A stretch of DNA of 64,000 nucleotides from Scenedesmus sp. PABB004 (GCA_014905635.1 JABVCE010000039.1:62001-126000); one strand, 5' to 3'. Numbered from the stretch's first letter, positions 1 through 12,732 are shown. Program-made: numbers and translations. Notes: generated by a model not told the origin, from the sequence alone.

Positions 1-36
1 CGCTGGCGCCTGGGCCCGGGCGCCCCGCGCCCCGGC

Positions 37-2369
37 TCACTCGCAGAGGTTGCCGCACTGGCGGCTCGTCGCGTTGCACGCCTGCCCGAGCGGGCAGTCG
101 TCGGGGTCCGCGCAGCAGTCGTCGTCGTTGATGCACCGCGTGCCGCAGCGCTTCTTGCCGGCCTTGCAGCCGTCGTCGGGTGGCGTCGCGCCGGGCTCAC
201 CCCGGTACGCCGCCATGCGCTCAGCCGACTCGGCAAAACGGCGGGCGCAGTGCGCCGTTGCCGCGTCGCCTGCGGGCTCGCCGCGGTAGGTGACGTCGGG
301 GGACGAGTAGAGGTTGGCCAGCGTCGGCGGCTGCTCAACGTCGCAGTTGCCGTAGCTGCGCGCACGCCGCGGGCAGGGGCGAGCGCGGGCGGGGGCGGGC
401 GGGGCGGGCGGGGGCGGGCGGGGGCGGCAGGCGGCCGGTTTGGGCGCGCCGTGTCTGCGCCCCGCGGCCCCGCCGGCCCAGCGCGGGGCGGCCCCTCCCT
501 CCCCCGGGGCCCTCGCGCGCCGCCGCACCTCATGATCGTGTAAAACGGCGCCTCCGGGTCGCACCTGCGGCGCGGCGCGGCGCGGCACGCGGGGGGCGCG
601 AGCGCGCGCTCAGCACGCGCCGCTCCGGCATGCAGCAGCGCGGCGCGCGTGTGCGCCCCTGCTCGCTCACCACTTGTAGCCAAACGCGTACTCATCCATG
701 TAGGTGCGGCGGGACTCCCAGTCGATGTCGTGGTCGTGGTTGCACCCCGCCACGTGGCCGGCCTCGTGCGCGAGCGTGGCGCCATAGAAGCACCCGCGCA
801 TGACTGCGAAATAGCCCCAGTAGTCCTCGGGCGCCGCGTAGTTGCCGGGCGCGTTGGCTATGCCGCACACCGTGTTGTCGCCGTTCAGCAGGGCCACCAG
901 GTCGGCGCCGAGCTGCGGGGCGCGCGGCGCGTCGGGCGCGACGGCGGCGCGCGCGCCGGGCGCGGCGGCGGCGCGCGCGCCGCGGCGGCGGCGGCGGCGC
1001 GCGCGTGGCTGCGCGCACTGTGCCGGCCGCACCTCGTCGCGCCACTCAAACACGCCCGGGATCTTGCCGCTCTCGAGGTCCTCCGACACCTGGTTCGCGC
1101 TGGACAGGGACCCCGCCGTGACGTTGGGCTCGGTGTAGAAGACCTTGCGGAAGCCCACCGTGCGCACGGCCACGTTGACGCCCGAGTCGGCCAGCGCTTT
1201 GTTCATCAGCCCCACCGCCGCGTCCGACTGGCGCGCGAGCTCCTCCTCGCCGTTGGCCGCGTCCGCGGCGGCCTCGGTGAAGACCAGCAGCAGCGTGATC
1301 TCGGTCGGGCCGTCGTCCAACAGCCGCCGCGCGCCCGACGACCCGCGCGCGGGCGCCGCGACGCGCAGGGGCTTGACCGCCGGCGCGGCGGCGGCGCGCG
1401 GCGCCGCGCCGGGCGCCCTGATCGCGGTGCGGCCGGTCGGCGCGGGGCCTGCGTGCGCCTGCCCGCGGCGCGTGGGGCGCACGGCGGTGGCGGCCTTCGG
1501 GGGCGCGCGCTTGGAGGGCTTGACGTGCGCGGCCACGGCGGCCTGGAGCGGCGGGGGAGAGGCGTGGGGGCGGTCGGGCGTGCCGAGGTGCTCCACCACC
1601 ATCGTCGCGGCGCGCCCGCCGGCCGCCGCGGCGGCGGACGCCTCGCCGCCGCCGGCGCGCCACTTGGCGGGCGCGATCTGCGCGGCGCGGGGCGGCGCGG
1701 CGCGTAACGGCGGGGGCGGCAGCGCGTGAGCGGGGCGCGTGAGCGGCGCATGGGTCGCGGAGCGGCGCGGGCGCGGCCCGCGCCGCGCGGAGACCCGCCC
1801 CGCACCAGGAAGTGGCGCCACGCGGCGGGCGTCGCGCCGTGGTCGACAAACTGCACGGAGCCGTGCACGGTTGGGCTGTCGGCGTCAAACATGAGCGCCA
1901 CAAAGCTCTCGGGCGGCGCCAAGCCCTTCAGCTCGCCCAGCCACATGTGGGCGGGCGCCGGGACGTCGGAGCGGCGGACCGCCTCGACGGGGCCCTCCAC
2001 GTTGGGCAGCAGCAGCGTTACGGACGCGGGCAGGCCCGACAGCGCGTCGACGTCCACACGCACCAACTTGACGGGCCACGGCGAGCCTGCGTCGCGCGTT
2101 TGCAGGGCGTCACCGGCTGCGCTGCTGCGCAGCCCGGCGCCGCTCGCAGCGCGTCGCGCGTGCCGCTCGGTCGCACCGCTCGAGGAGGCGGTAGCCGCGC
2201 CACCCGCGCGGCGCGGGGGCTCCAGGTCGGGCGGGAGGATGAGCGCGGAGGCCACGCCGGCGGACGCGGCGGCGGCACCGGGCTTGATCTCCGTGAAGAC
2301 CGACACGGCGCCGGCACAGGCCGACGCGGACAGGCCGATCATCACGCTTAGGGCGATCGCGAAGGCCAT
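37..2369 (-). CDS. Secreted zinc metalloprotease (metzincin; peptidyl-Asp metalloendopeptidase M72/reprolysin-like) with Cys-rich C-terminal tail; spliced
   Basis: Signal peptide MAFAIALSVMIGLSASACAG; long prodomain ending GARRLL; ADLVALL; zinc motif HEAGHVAGCNHD; YAFGY; Met-turn FYTIMSY assembled through a short exon at ~531-563; YSSPDVTYRGEPAG; Cys-rich end CKAGKKRCGTRCINDDDCC..CGNLCE; stop at 37-39. Confidence 0.85.
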
Positions 2370-2675
2370 GGCGGCTCCTGCGGGCGGTGGCGGGCGGCAA
2401 GGTCGCCCCGGCCCGGCACCGCCCGGCGTCTCCCCAGGGCCCCGCCTGCGCCCGAGCGGCAGCGCAGCGAACACGGGGTGCCGGCAGGCACGCTCTCGCG
2501 GCGCAGCGTCGCACCCTGCGCAGCGTCGCGCCAGCGCAGCACTCCGCACCGAGGCTCCCGGACAGCAGCCCCAGGACGGGGAGGATGCGGGTGCGGCTGG
2601 CCTGATGAGGGCCTCCCAACGTGCGCGAGTGCGGGTGGGCGGGCGGGGCAAGGCGGAGCGGGAAAAATCGTCAGA

Positions 2676-2833
2676 CTTTATACAGGCCATTTCGCCAGCG
2701 CTGGCGCACACACGAACAGCAAGCTCGAGGCCCGCGCGCGGGGCGACAAAGCACCTTCCCACGCCCCGCAGTTGCCTCACAAGGCGACCGTCGCTACCGA
2801 CGCCCGCGCGGCCGAGGACGGCTTCTTTATATC
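2676..2833 (-). promoter_or_regulatory. Two TATA-like boxes upstream of the metalloprotease gene
   Basis: Minus strand reads GTATAAAG (~2676-2683) and GATATAAAAG (~2824-2833); these are rare AT-rich islands 300-460 bp upstream of ATG 2369. Confidence 0.4.
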
Positions 2834-3190
2834 TCTGGCCTCGCTGCCGGCGGCTGTGCCGCGCAGATGCCGCCCACGCGTCGCCGCTGCGGACAGACGC
2901 GTGCCCGGCAGCCCCTGCCGCAGCGGCGGCCGCCGGGCTGGCTGCTGCGCGCCGCCCGTGGTCAGCGCGGGCGGCGGGCTGCTCAGCTGACCTCAGCGCC
3001 TCTGCGCAGGCGACGGTGGCGCCACCAGGAGGCTGCCCCAGAGCTGTCGGGGCGCGCCGCCGCAGCTCGCGGGCGGGCGTGCGTTGCAGCAAGCGAGCTC
3101 CGCAGCGCCCTGAGCTGCAGGCCAACACCAGCAGGAGAGCGCGGGATGCAGCAGCGGCGACGCAAGCCGCGACGAGGCAGGCAGCCTCGC

Positions 3191-4237
3191 TCACCGCAGC
3201 CCCAGCCGCAGCGCCGGCCGGCCGCCCCGCCGCCGCGCGGCCGCACCCGCAGCTGCCCTCGCTGCGGCCGCCGCGCAGTGCACGCGCGGCAGGCCTGCCG
3301 GCCCTCGGGCGGGCCGCCTGCTGCTGCGGCTGCCGCCGCCAGCGGCGCCACAGCCTGGCGGCCGCCCTGCAGCGGTCGCCGGTGCCGCCGCCGGGGGCGG
3401 CGGGGCGCCGCCTCGGGTGGCAGCACGTGCGCCGCCAGCCTGCCCGAGTGCCAGCACCGCCTCGGCCGTGCCGCCGCTGGTGGCGCCGCGAACAAAACCA
3501 GCGGCGCCAAAGAAGCGCCACGCCTGCGCGTTGCCCACCGACACGTCCGTGACCACGCGGCACACGCTCCTGCGCACGGGACAGGCGGCGAGCGCGCTGA
3601 GCGTGCGCGCCCCAGGCGGGGGACCCCACGCGCCGTCCAGAGTTGGGATCCAGCACCAGCACCAGCGGCGCCGCTCACCCCGCTTCGCGCACCAGGGCGT
3701 CCAGCAGCGCTCGCCCCACGCCGCGCTGCCGCGCGTCGGCCCGCACCACGAGCGTCAGCAGCACCAGCTCGCGCTCGCCGCCCGCGCCGCCCGCGAGCTG
3801 CCCCGTCGCGGCGCCCACGACCTCGGGCGCCTCCCCCGGCTCCTCGGCGTCGTCCGCGAGTGCCGCGACGCCAAACGCGCTGCGGGCGCCGGGGGCGGCG
3901 GTGGGCAGGCTCGGCGGCGGCGGGCGGCGAGGCGCGGGCGCGGGCGCGGGGCGGCGCCGCACGCACTCGTCTCGGCCGGCCGCCGCCGCCTCGAGCACCG
4001 CCGCCGCGTCGCCGCCGTACTGCGCAAACACGGGGCGCCCGTCGCTGGTGGCGAACTTGTGCAGCCGCTGGAGTCGCGCCGGCGGCAGCGGGGGCGGCAG
4101 CGGCGGCGCGGCGGCTCGGCGAGCGGCGAGCGCGGCGTCTGCGCTGAGCTAGCAGCGCTAGCTCAGGCCGCCCAGCTCGAGCGCACCAGCACGTCGGGGA
4201 GATCGTGAGGCGCCAGGCGGCGCACATGCACAGCCAT
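3191..4237 (-). CDS. GNAT-family N-acetyltransferase; spliced
   Basis: Exons MAVHVRRLAPHDLPDVL / RLHKFATSDGRPVFAQY / ELVLLTLVVRADARQRGVGRALL (motif A, R/QxxGxG) / VTDVSVGNAQAWRFFGAAGF (motif B). Confidence 0.75.
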
Positions 4238-4470
4238 GCGGCGCAGCAGCGGCGGCACCGGCAGCAGCGGCGGCGGCAACAACGGCCGCGCAGCGGGGTA
4301 GCGAGCTGGCGTGGCGGGGCGAAGAGAGTGACGGGCACGGGAGGCTGCACGGGCGGACGAGGCAGGGCGCAGCTGGCGCGGTTCACGGCTGCGCGAGCCC
4401 TGGCGCGCGGGTGTGCCGTGCGGCGTGCAGTCGAGGTTGCCGCCCGCCGGGCAGTTGGCAAGCGTCGATC

Positions 4471-7202
4471 TCACGCCCCGCCCGCCTCCGACGGCGGCTC
4501 GCTGTCGACGTCGGAGTCCCACTCAAAGCCCTTGGCGCGCAGCTCGTGCGTGTCCACAAAGCGCGCGAGCTGCCCCGCGCCGCGCTCGCCCACCAGCAGC
4601 GCGGCGAGGTCGGCGTCGCCCGCGTCCCACGCCGTGCTGTGCGCCGGCAGCACGGGCGGCGCGTCGCCGGGCTGGTACGGCGCGTACCTGCGGGGCGAGG
4701 GGGGGGGAGGGGGGGGGGCAGCCGCGGCGGTTTGGCCGCCACGCCGCGCCCGCCGCGCCGCGCCGCGCCGCGCCGCGCCGCGCCGCGCCGCGCCGCGCCG
4801 GGTCGCGCCCGCCGCGCTCCCCGCCGCTGCTCGCGCACCCCTGGTCCACTTGGGTGAAGCGCGGTCGCGGCGCGGGCCCGCCCGCGGGCAGCAGCAGGCG
4901 CGCGACCTGCGCGCGCTGCGCCGCGCTGGCGCGCAGGCGGCTGCCGTCGGCGTCGGCGAGGAGGCCCAGCAGCGTCTCGACGTCCTGGTCGGGCACGGCG
5001 GCCATGTCGATCTGCGCGGGGCAGCGGGGCCACGCAGGCCACGCGTGTGAGAGAGAGAGGGAGAAGGGTGGAGGGGGGACACGTAGGCGGCAGCGCGGCG
5101 CGGGGTCCGGGCCGCCGGCGGCGGCCGCCCCCGTGCGCGGCGGCGCCGCACCTGGCCGCACACGTCGCCCCAGTCCACGAGCGCGCGCAGCGCGAGGTTG
5201 CGCATGCGTGCCGCGAGCCCGGGGTTGGCGCCGGTCAGGCGCTCCAGCAGGGCGCTCAGGCGGGGCGGGAGGCGCATGAGCTCCGCAAACGGCCGCGGCA
5301 GCGCGCCCGCGGCGGCCAGCGCGGCGGCGGCCGCCGCCTCGGCGTCCGGGCTCGGCTCGGGGCTGGGCTCGTCGGAGCTGCCGCCCGCCTTGCGCTCCCG
5401 GGTGTCGCTGTCGCTGCCGCTGTCGCTGCCGGAATCGCTGTCGGAGTCGCTGTCGCTGCTGGGCGCGGCCGTCGCCGCCTTCTTCTTGGCGCCCTGCTTG
5501 CCCGCCGGCTGCCGCGCGGCGGCCGCCTCCTGGGCCGCCTTGACGTCCGCCCGCACGGGCAGGCTGTTGAGGAACTGCGGGGCGGCGCGGGGCGGGGCGG
5601 GGCGGGCCTGGGTGGGCCGGCGGCCGCGCGGCGGCGGGGCGCGCGCTGCGCGCCGCCCCGCGCTGCGCGCCGGCGGCGGCGCCGCCGCGGCGCGCACCGC
5701 CTCGACGTCCAGGTCCTGCCCGCCGCCGAGCGCCTCCACGCCGCCACCCTCAGCGGCGGTGTACCAGCGCGCGTCCCAGTCGACGCGGGCCGCGCCCGGC
5801 GCGGCGCCGGCCTTGCTGGCAAACACGACCTCATCAAACTCCTCCTCGCTCTCGCCGCCGCTGCTCGCGTCGCCGCCGGCGCCCGCGCCGCCGTCGTCGG
5901 CATCGCTGCCGCTCGCGCTGCCGCCGGCGCGCGCGCGCTTGCGCCGCGCCGCCGCGGCCGCGCCGCCGCCCGGGCGCTTGCCGCCGAGCACCTCCCAGCC
6001 CGCGACGCGCGTGCGGTGCTGCCGCGGCGGCGTGACGCCGTCCCAGCCGTCCTGCGCGCCCCACGCGGGCACGCCCTGCTCGACCGCCTGCGCCAGGCGC
6101 GCGGCGTTGAGCGTGACGCAGTCCTCGCCCACGCCCACGAGCCGCGCCACGCGCAGCAGGCGCAGCGCGCCGCCGCGGGCGGGCGCCGCGACGCGCAGGC
6201 GCCGCGCCACAGCGGCGTCCTCCGACAGCAGCTCGCGGTACGGCGCCGCGCTGCCGCCTGCGGGCCGCGGTGGCGGGCAGGGCGGGGGCGTGGGCGGGGG
6301 CGCCGCGCGGCGGGCCGCGACCGCCGCGCGCGGCCGCCAGCGGCGCGCTGCGCGCCGCTCACGCTCGCTGGCCGCGAGCGCCAGGTGGCCCAGCGGCGTG
6401 GCGGCCGCGTGCTGCGCGCCCTCAGCCGCCGGGTCGGCCGCGGGCGGCTCGCAGGGCATGTGCAGCGTGGTGCCGTGCAGCGCGTCCAGCCGCACCTGCG
6501 CGCGGGCGGGCGGGCGCTCGGCACGCGCCGTCCCAGCGCGCCGCCGCCCTGCCGCCGCCGCGGCCGCCGCCCCGGCGCCCGCGCCGGCACTCACCCCGGG
6601 CGGCAGGCGCAGCACCCACACCTCCTCGTCCCCCGCCGCCGCAGCGCCGACGTCGAGCGCCGCCTCGAGCGCGAGCGGCGCCAGCCCGCCCCCGGCCAGG
6701 AACTCCGGCAGCGGCGGCACCTCCAGCGCCGCCTGGCCCGGTGCCGCCGCGGCCGCGGCGCGCGCGAGCGCGGCGGCGGCGGCGGCCGCCGCGGCCGGGT
6801 TCTTGGCCGCGGCCGGGCTCTTGGCCGCGGCCGGGCTCTTGGCCGCCGCCGGGCTCTGCGGCGCCGGCTGGCGCTCCTTGTCCTTCTTGTGCTCCTTGTG
6901 CTTCTTCTTCTGCTTCTTCTCGCCGCCCTGGCCGCCCTCCTCCCGCTCGCCCTTCTCCTTGCGCTTCTTCTGCCTGCAGCGGCGCGGGCAGGCGTGCGCG
7001 CTCAGCGGCGGCGGCTGCCGGCTGCGCTGGCGGCCTGCGGCTGCGCTTCCCCCGACGTGTTTCTGGCGTGGCGTGGCATCGCGGCGCGCGCCCGTGCGGC
7101 CCGCTGGGGCCTGTGCAGCGCGCGGCGGCCGCGGCCGCCGCCCGGGCGGCGCTGCTGCTGCCGCCGCCTGCCAGCGCGCGCGCACTTGTCCTCCTTGCCC
7201 AT
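4471..7202 (-). CDS. Uncharacterised Lys-rich protein, probably nuclear; weak resemblance to the RNA polymerase I RPA34-type N-terminal motif; spliced
   Basis: MGKEDK / KKRKEKGER..KKQKKKHKEHKKDKER (NLS-like); EVWVLRLPPG / VRLDALHG; acidic SDSDSD tract; about 6 GT-AG introns; last exon ends GFEWDSDVDSEPPSEAGGA*. Confidence 0.6.
6790..6857 (-). repeat. Coding 18-bp tandem repeat (AAAKSP x3)
   Basis: The unit gccgcggccgggctcttg recurs; it encodes SPAAAKSPAAAKSPAAAKNP. Confidence 0.8.
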
Positions 7203-7589
7203 GGCGGCCGGCTTCACGCGCGCAAGGGGTGGATGTCACGGGCGCCGCTGCAGCAGAGGCGTCGGAAGCGCGGACGAGCGCGGTGGTGCGATGGATGCGC
7301 GCCGCAAGCGGCCGTCCGTGCGGCAGGAGCGAGTGCACGGCGCGCGGGCGGTCGCGTCGGGGAGGACGGCCGGGTGGCTCCCCGTTGGGCAAGCTCGGCG
7401 CTGGCCAGGGCTTAGGGGGTGACCACCGCTGCGCGAGCGGCAGGGCAAGCGGCAGCGCGGGTGATTACCCGCGGCGCGGTCAGGCGCCACACGCAGCACA
7501 CAGCGCACACCCTCTCTCTCGCGCGCCGCCCCGCCTCGCGGCGGGTCGCGGCGCGGTCACAGCCTCGCGCGGCACGGCGCCGCGTCGGT

Positions 7590-9039
7590 TCAGGCGGCGA
7601 CCAGCTCGGGCTTGGCCTCGGCGGGCGCGGGCGTGCCGTTGGCGGCGGGGCTGGCCGCGCCGGCCTCCTCCACCTCGCCCTCGGCCTCCAGGTAGCGCTC
7701 CGCCTCGAGCGCGGCCATGCAGCCTGCGCGCAGCGTGCGGCGTCGGCGGCGGCGCGGGCGCGCGGCCGGGCGCGCGGCCGGGCGCGCTGCGGCCGAGCAG
7801 CCGGGGCGCGCGCGCGCGCACCGCTGCCGGCGGCGGTGATGGCCTGGCGCCACTTGGCGTCCTGCACGTCGCCCGCCGCAAACACGCCCGGCACGCTCGT
7901 CGCGGTGGAGTCGGGCGCGGTGACCACGTAGCCCGCGGCGTCGAGCGCGAGCTGCCCGCCCAGGAACTTGGTCGCGGGCTCGTGCCCGATCGCGAAGAAC
8001 AGCCCCGCGACCGGCAGGTCGGTGACGGCGCCCGTCTTGACGTTGGAGACCTTCACGCCGCCCAGCAGCTTGCCCGTCTCGTTGCCGTACGCCTCGGTCA
8101 CCACGCTGTCCCACACCATCTGCGCGCGGCGCGGCGCGCACGGCGCGGCGCGCGGTGGGCGCGCGTGCGCGCGTGCGCGCGCGCGCGCCCGCACACCGCC
8201 GCCGCGCGCATCCCCCGCCCTGCCGCGCCGCCACGTCCCCCCCCCCCCCCCCCCCGCCGGGGCGGGTGCTCGCCGTGATCTTGGGGTGCTCCATCGCGCG
8301 CTTGGCCATGATCTTGCTCGCGCGCAGCTCGTTGCGCCTGTGGATGAGGAAGACCGTGCTGCCGTACTTGGTGAGGAACATCGCCTCCTCGCACGCGCTG
8401 TCGCCGCCGCCGATGACGGCGATGGGCTTGCCGCGGAAGATCGGCGCCGCGCCGTCGCACACGGCGCACGCGCTGATGCCGCGGTTCCAGTACCCGCCCT
8501 CGCCCTCGTCGCTGCCCTTGAACGGCAGGCGCTTCGCGACCGCGCCCGTCGCGACGATGACCGTCTGCGCGGTCACCTCCTTCTCGTCCGTCCACAGCTT
8601 GAACGGGCGGCGCGAGAGGTCGACGCGGTCGACCGTCTCGGTGAAGATGCGCGTCCCGAAGCGCGCGCTCTGCTCGCGGAACTTGTTGCAGAGCTCGGGG
8701 CCCATGATGCCGTCGGGGAAGCCGGGAAAGTTCTCGACCTGCCCGCCCGCAGCGCGCGGCGGGGCGGCGGCGCGCGGGGGCGAGCGGGGCGGCGGTGGCG
8801 CGGGGCGGCGGCCCGTGAGGCGGCGGCCGTGCGCCGCCGGCCGGCGCGGCGCGGCGCGGCGCGCGGGCGCGCACGTCGGTCGTCGTCGTGAGCTGGCCGC
8901 CCGCCGCGATGCCGTTGGCGAGCCAGCCCTCAAACACGACGGGCGCGAGCTCCGCGCGCGCGCAGTAGATGGCCGCCGTGTGCGCGGCGGGGCCGGAGCC
9001 GATGATGGCGACGCGCGTGGAGAGCTTTTCGAGGGCCAT
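7590..9039 (-). CDS. NTR: NADPH-dependent thioredoxin reductase (low-molecular-weight type); 3 introns
   Basis: [39 protein letters not shown] active site; [34 protein letters not shown]. Confidence 0.96.
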
Positions 9040-9798
9040 CGCTGCTGCGGCGCTCGCGGCGGACGACCACGCGGCGACCGACGCCCGAATCTTGGCTGGA
9101 CGGCGGCACTCGCGCGAGGGGGTGCGGCGGCGGCGCCTGCGCGGCCGCGGGCACGGGCGGCGCCGCGGCGCCGTGAGGCCGCGAGCGCCAGGCAGGCAGC
9201 GGCGGCCGCCAACCGCGGCGGTGGTTGCCGCGCCGCGTCGCGTCGCTCGGCCCCCGGATCGCTCGCGCGGCCCTCCGCGAGCTCGGGGGCGGCGGCCGGC
9301 CGCGGCGCGCGGCCCCGGCGGGCTGGGAGGGCGCGCGCGCTGCTGTGATGGCCCCTCCCGCCGCGCCGGGCGCGCCTGCCGCGGCGGCGCCGCTGCGTTC
9401 GGTGCGAGAAGCGGAGCGGGGCCACGCACCCGCGAGCTGCGCGAGCCTGGAGGCCTGGAGGAGCAGCAGCAGCAGCAAGCCCTCTCGAATCGACCCGCCT
9501 CCTGCGAGCGGCTGCCGGGGGCGTGGCTGGCTGCGCGCGGTGGCGTCGTGGGTGCGTGTGCTGCCACCGTGCCGCTAGGCCGGCCCACATGCGCGGTCCA
9601 GGGCCTCCAGGGCCGCGCTGCTGCACCGCGAGGGCTCGAGCGACCCGCGCGGCCTGGCCCGCGCGGCGGGCACGCCGCCCACGCCCCGCCGCGCCAGAGT
9701 TCTCGTGCCCACACGTCCCCTCGTTGCCCCAGAGCGCCCCGGCCTGCGAGCGCACGCCAACAGCTCACTCCGCCATCCCCCGCACGCCCCGGCGCGCC

Positions 9799-10521
9799 AT
9801 GCTGGCCCGCGCGGCGGCTACCGGCCTCGCGGCGCTGGCCCAGGCCGTCCCGACGGGCGCCCTGGGCGCCGCGGCGCTCGCCCTGGGCGGGCGGGGCTAC
9901 CACAAGAACGTGGTCGACCACTACGAGCGCCCCCGCAACGTGGGGAGCTTCGACAAGAACGACCCCAACGGTGCGCTCGCAGGGCGGGCCGGGCCGCGGC
10001 GGCGGCGGCGGCGCGGCGCGGCGCGGGCGGCGCCGGCAGCAGCGAACGCCGCCGCTGCTGCCGCTGCTGCCGCCGGCGCCGCACGCCCGCCGCGCCGCGC
10101 CGCGCGATGCTGCGCGCCGCGAGCGGCAGCCCCGGCCGACGCGCGCCGCTGCCGCCGCCGCCGCCTGCTCCCCTCGCCCTCCCCTGCGCGCGCAGTCGGC
10201 ACGGGCCTGGTCGGCGCGCCGGCGTGCGGCGACGTGATGAAGCTGCAGATCCGCGTGGACGAGGAGGGCAACATCGTGGACTCTTGCTTCAAGACCTTTG
10301 GCTGCGGCTCCGCGATTGCGTCGAGCAGCGTCGCGACGGAGTGGGTCAAGGGCAAGAGCCTGGACGACGTCGGGAGCATCAAGAACAGCGACATCGCGAA
10401 GCACCTCAGCCTCCCGCCCGTGAAGCTGCACTGCTCCATGCTCGCCGAGGACGCGATCAAGGCGGCCGTCAAGGACATCAAGGCCAAGCGCAGCGCCGTC
10501 GCGGGCGGCGCGGCCGCGTGA
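9799..10521 (+). CDS. ISCU: Mitochondrial Fe-S cluster scaffold IscU/ISU; 1 intron
   Basis: Transit peptide, then [59 protein letters not shown]. Confidence 0.97.
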   Translation: MLARAAATGLAALAQAVPTGALGAAALALGGRGYHKNVVDHYERPRNVGSFDKNDPNGALAGRAGPRRRRRRGAARAAPAAANAAAAAAAAAGAARPPRRAARCCAPRAAAPADARRCRRRRLLPSPSPARAVGTGLVGAPACGDVMKLQIRVDEEGNIVDSCFKTFGCGSAIASSSVATEWVKGKSLDDVGSIKNSDIAKHLSLPPVKLHCSMLAEDAIKAAVKDIKAKRSAVAGGAAA

Positions 10522-11152
10522 GCGCGCCGGCGACGGCGCGCGCGCGCGCGCGCGCGCGCGGCCTGCAGCAGCAGGCGCTGCGCGCCGCCGCCGTCGCGCG
10601 CGTGGGCGCGGAGCTTGTGTTTGTGTGCCCCCTTGGCGTGAGGAGAACCCAATCTTGGCGGCGCGCGCGCACGCCAGCGTGCGCGCTCGGCGTTGTCGGC
10701 GCGCAGCCCGAGCGCGCATGCGCGCGGTGCGAGTTGACGAGGGCGGTGGTGGTCGGCGGTGAGCGGCTTGCGTGATCGCAGCAGGAGTTTGAGCGAGCGA
10801 GGGCAACGTGCGTTGCGTCACGGTCGGCGCGTCGGAACCGCCGCGCCGCAGCGACGCTGCTGCGCACGCTGCCCGCTTCCGACATCACCCGCTCAGGAGA
10901 CCGCACAGCCGCGGTCCTGGCGCGCCCGGGCGCCAAGCCGCCCTCCAGCGCACCACCGAGCCAGCCGCGTCAGGCGGCCTGCCGTGCCCCCCGCCCCAAA
11001 GCGGACGCGTGCCCGTCGCGCCCCCGGCCGCCTGGGACGCCCGGGCGGGGCGGCTCGGGCCGCGCGGGAGCAGGGCGGGCGAGGTCTGCCCCGCGGTCGC
11101 AGCCGCCGAATCTGGGCCGTGCCGCCCGCCCGGAGGCTGCCAGCGTGGGGGA

Positions 11153-12482
11153 ATGGCCCGCCCGCGGCGGCGGAGCCCAGCAGGAGCCCCAGCAGGGCTG
11201 CTGCTCGCGGCGGCGTGGGCGCTGCTGCTCGCCGGCGCTCAGGCCTACACCGGCTTCGACTGCGCCCAAGGTGCGCGAGCGAGCCAACTGTGGGCGCCGG
11301 CAGCGCCGCCGGCCGTCCGTCGCGCCGCCGCCACCGCGACGCCCGCCGCGCGCCGACTCGACCGCGCGCGCAGGCGACGCGCTGCTAGTGCTCGCGGGCG
11401 CGTCGCCCGACTGCGCTGCCGCGTCGGTCGTGGTGGACCTGGGGTGCATGGCGTCGCTCGGCATGCGCGTGCGGCGCTGCCACGTGAAGGCGTGGCCGCG
11501 CAGCGGCGCCCGCCGCGCGGGGCGCCGCTGCGGCGGGCTCGCGCTCAGCGCGACTGTGAGCGACGTCAACCGGGCCACCAACGGCACCCTCGTGCTGCCC
11601 GCGCTCCCGAGCGGCGCGCTGCGCGCGCTGCGCGCGACGCTCGAGTTTGTGCGCGCCGACGAGCAGGCGGTGCTGTCGCTCGAGGGCGGCTGCGAGCTGC
11701 GCTTCGCGGCGCAGACCGCGACCGACGCGACCCTGGGCCCCCTGCCCGGCGACGAGGGCGCCGCGGCGTCGACGCTGCCCTGGCTGCTCCTGCCGGCGCT
11801 CGCCGCGCCGGTCGCCGCGGCGGGCGTGATCGTCGCGCTCGGCCGCGCGGCGGCGCGCCGCGACGGCGAGGGCGGCGCCGACTACGCGGCGCTGGCGCCC
11901 GGCCCGCCCGCGGACGATGGCGGCGGCGGGAGCGGCGGCGACGGCGGCGGCCTCATCAGCCGCACGTTCAACCTGCGGGCGATGACGCGGCGGGCCAAGG
12001 CGCGCCGCCTGCGGCGCGCGGCGCGCCCGCAGTACGTCGGCGCGCCCGAGGGCTGGCCCGCGCAGCAGCAGCTCTACTCCGAGGGCCGCCTGGAGCCGGC
12101 GGGGCACCTCAACCTCGTGGCGCCCTGCTTCCGGTGCGCGGCGCGCGCGGGGCCGGGGGGCGCAGGCCAGCGCGGCGCCGCCGGGGCCGCGCCGCACAGC
12201 GCAGCCGTCGGCGCAGAACGCAGTTGCACACACGTGAGCTGCGAGCTCACACGCGCGCGCCCGGGCTGCGCGCGCAGGTTCCCGCCCGTCGCCGCGCCGC
12301 CCGGGCTGCCAGATATCCCCGAGTGCGGGCTGTCGGGCGCGAACACGCCGTGTGGAGGCAGCAGCGCGCTGCCCTCGCGCGCCGGCAGCACGACGGGCGA
12401 GCTGGCGGCCCTGGAGGCGCCGGGCTCGCCGGTCGGCGGCGACAGCGACGGCGCCGGCGCCTGGCTCGCGAGCGCCCGATAG
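11153..12482 (+). CDS. Uncharacterised type I membrane protein; 2 introns
   Basis: Signal peptide ..GLLLAAAWALLLAGAQA; Cys-containing ectodomain; hydrophobic segment LPWLLLPALAAPVAAAGVIVALG; basic cytoplasmic tail; TGTAA downstream at 12630. Confidence 0.6.
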
Positions 12483-12629
12483 CGTCAGGGGGGGGGGGGC
12501 ATGGCGTGTTGGGACAGGCGCACCGGCCGCCCTGCGCTCGCATGTACCAGAAGAGCAGCCGTGCATCGCGTGCGGCTGCTGCATTCCGCGGCCGCGGCAG
12601 GCTGAGCTGTTTTGTATTACTACAGCCGC

Positions 12630-12634
12630 TGTAA
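12630..12634 (+). promoter_or_regulatory. TGTAA polyadenylation signal
   Basis: Chlorophyte-type UGUAA signal ~150 bp after the stop at 12482. Confidence 0.6.
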
Positions 12635-12732
12635 CATCAGAGTCCGCCCCCACACACCACACCCACACCCCAGCCACCGCTCTCGCTCCCCTCTCTCCCG
12701 CCAGCGCTCGCCCCCGCTCAGCGTCGTCGGCC

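Noticed and set aside
2600..2675. CTGATGAG...GAAA resembling a hammerhead ribozyme core or a C box
   Set aside because: I could not form stems I-III, and no D box or terminal stem is present
7590..9039. Apparent frameshifts or pseudogenes in NTR and other genes; possible selenocysteine in NTR
   Set aside because: Frame changes coincide with GT/GC-AG introns; NTR is the low-molecular-weight CAVC type with no GCUG tail
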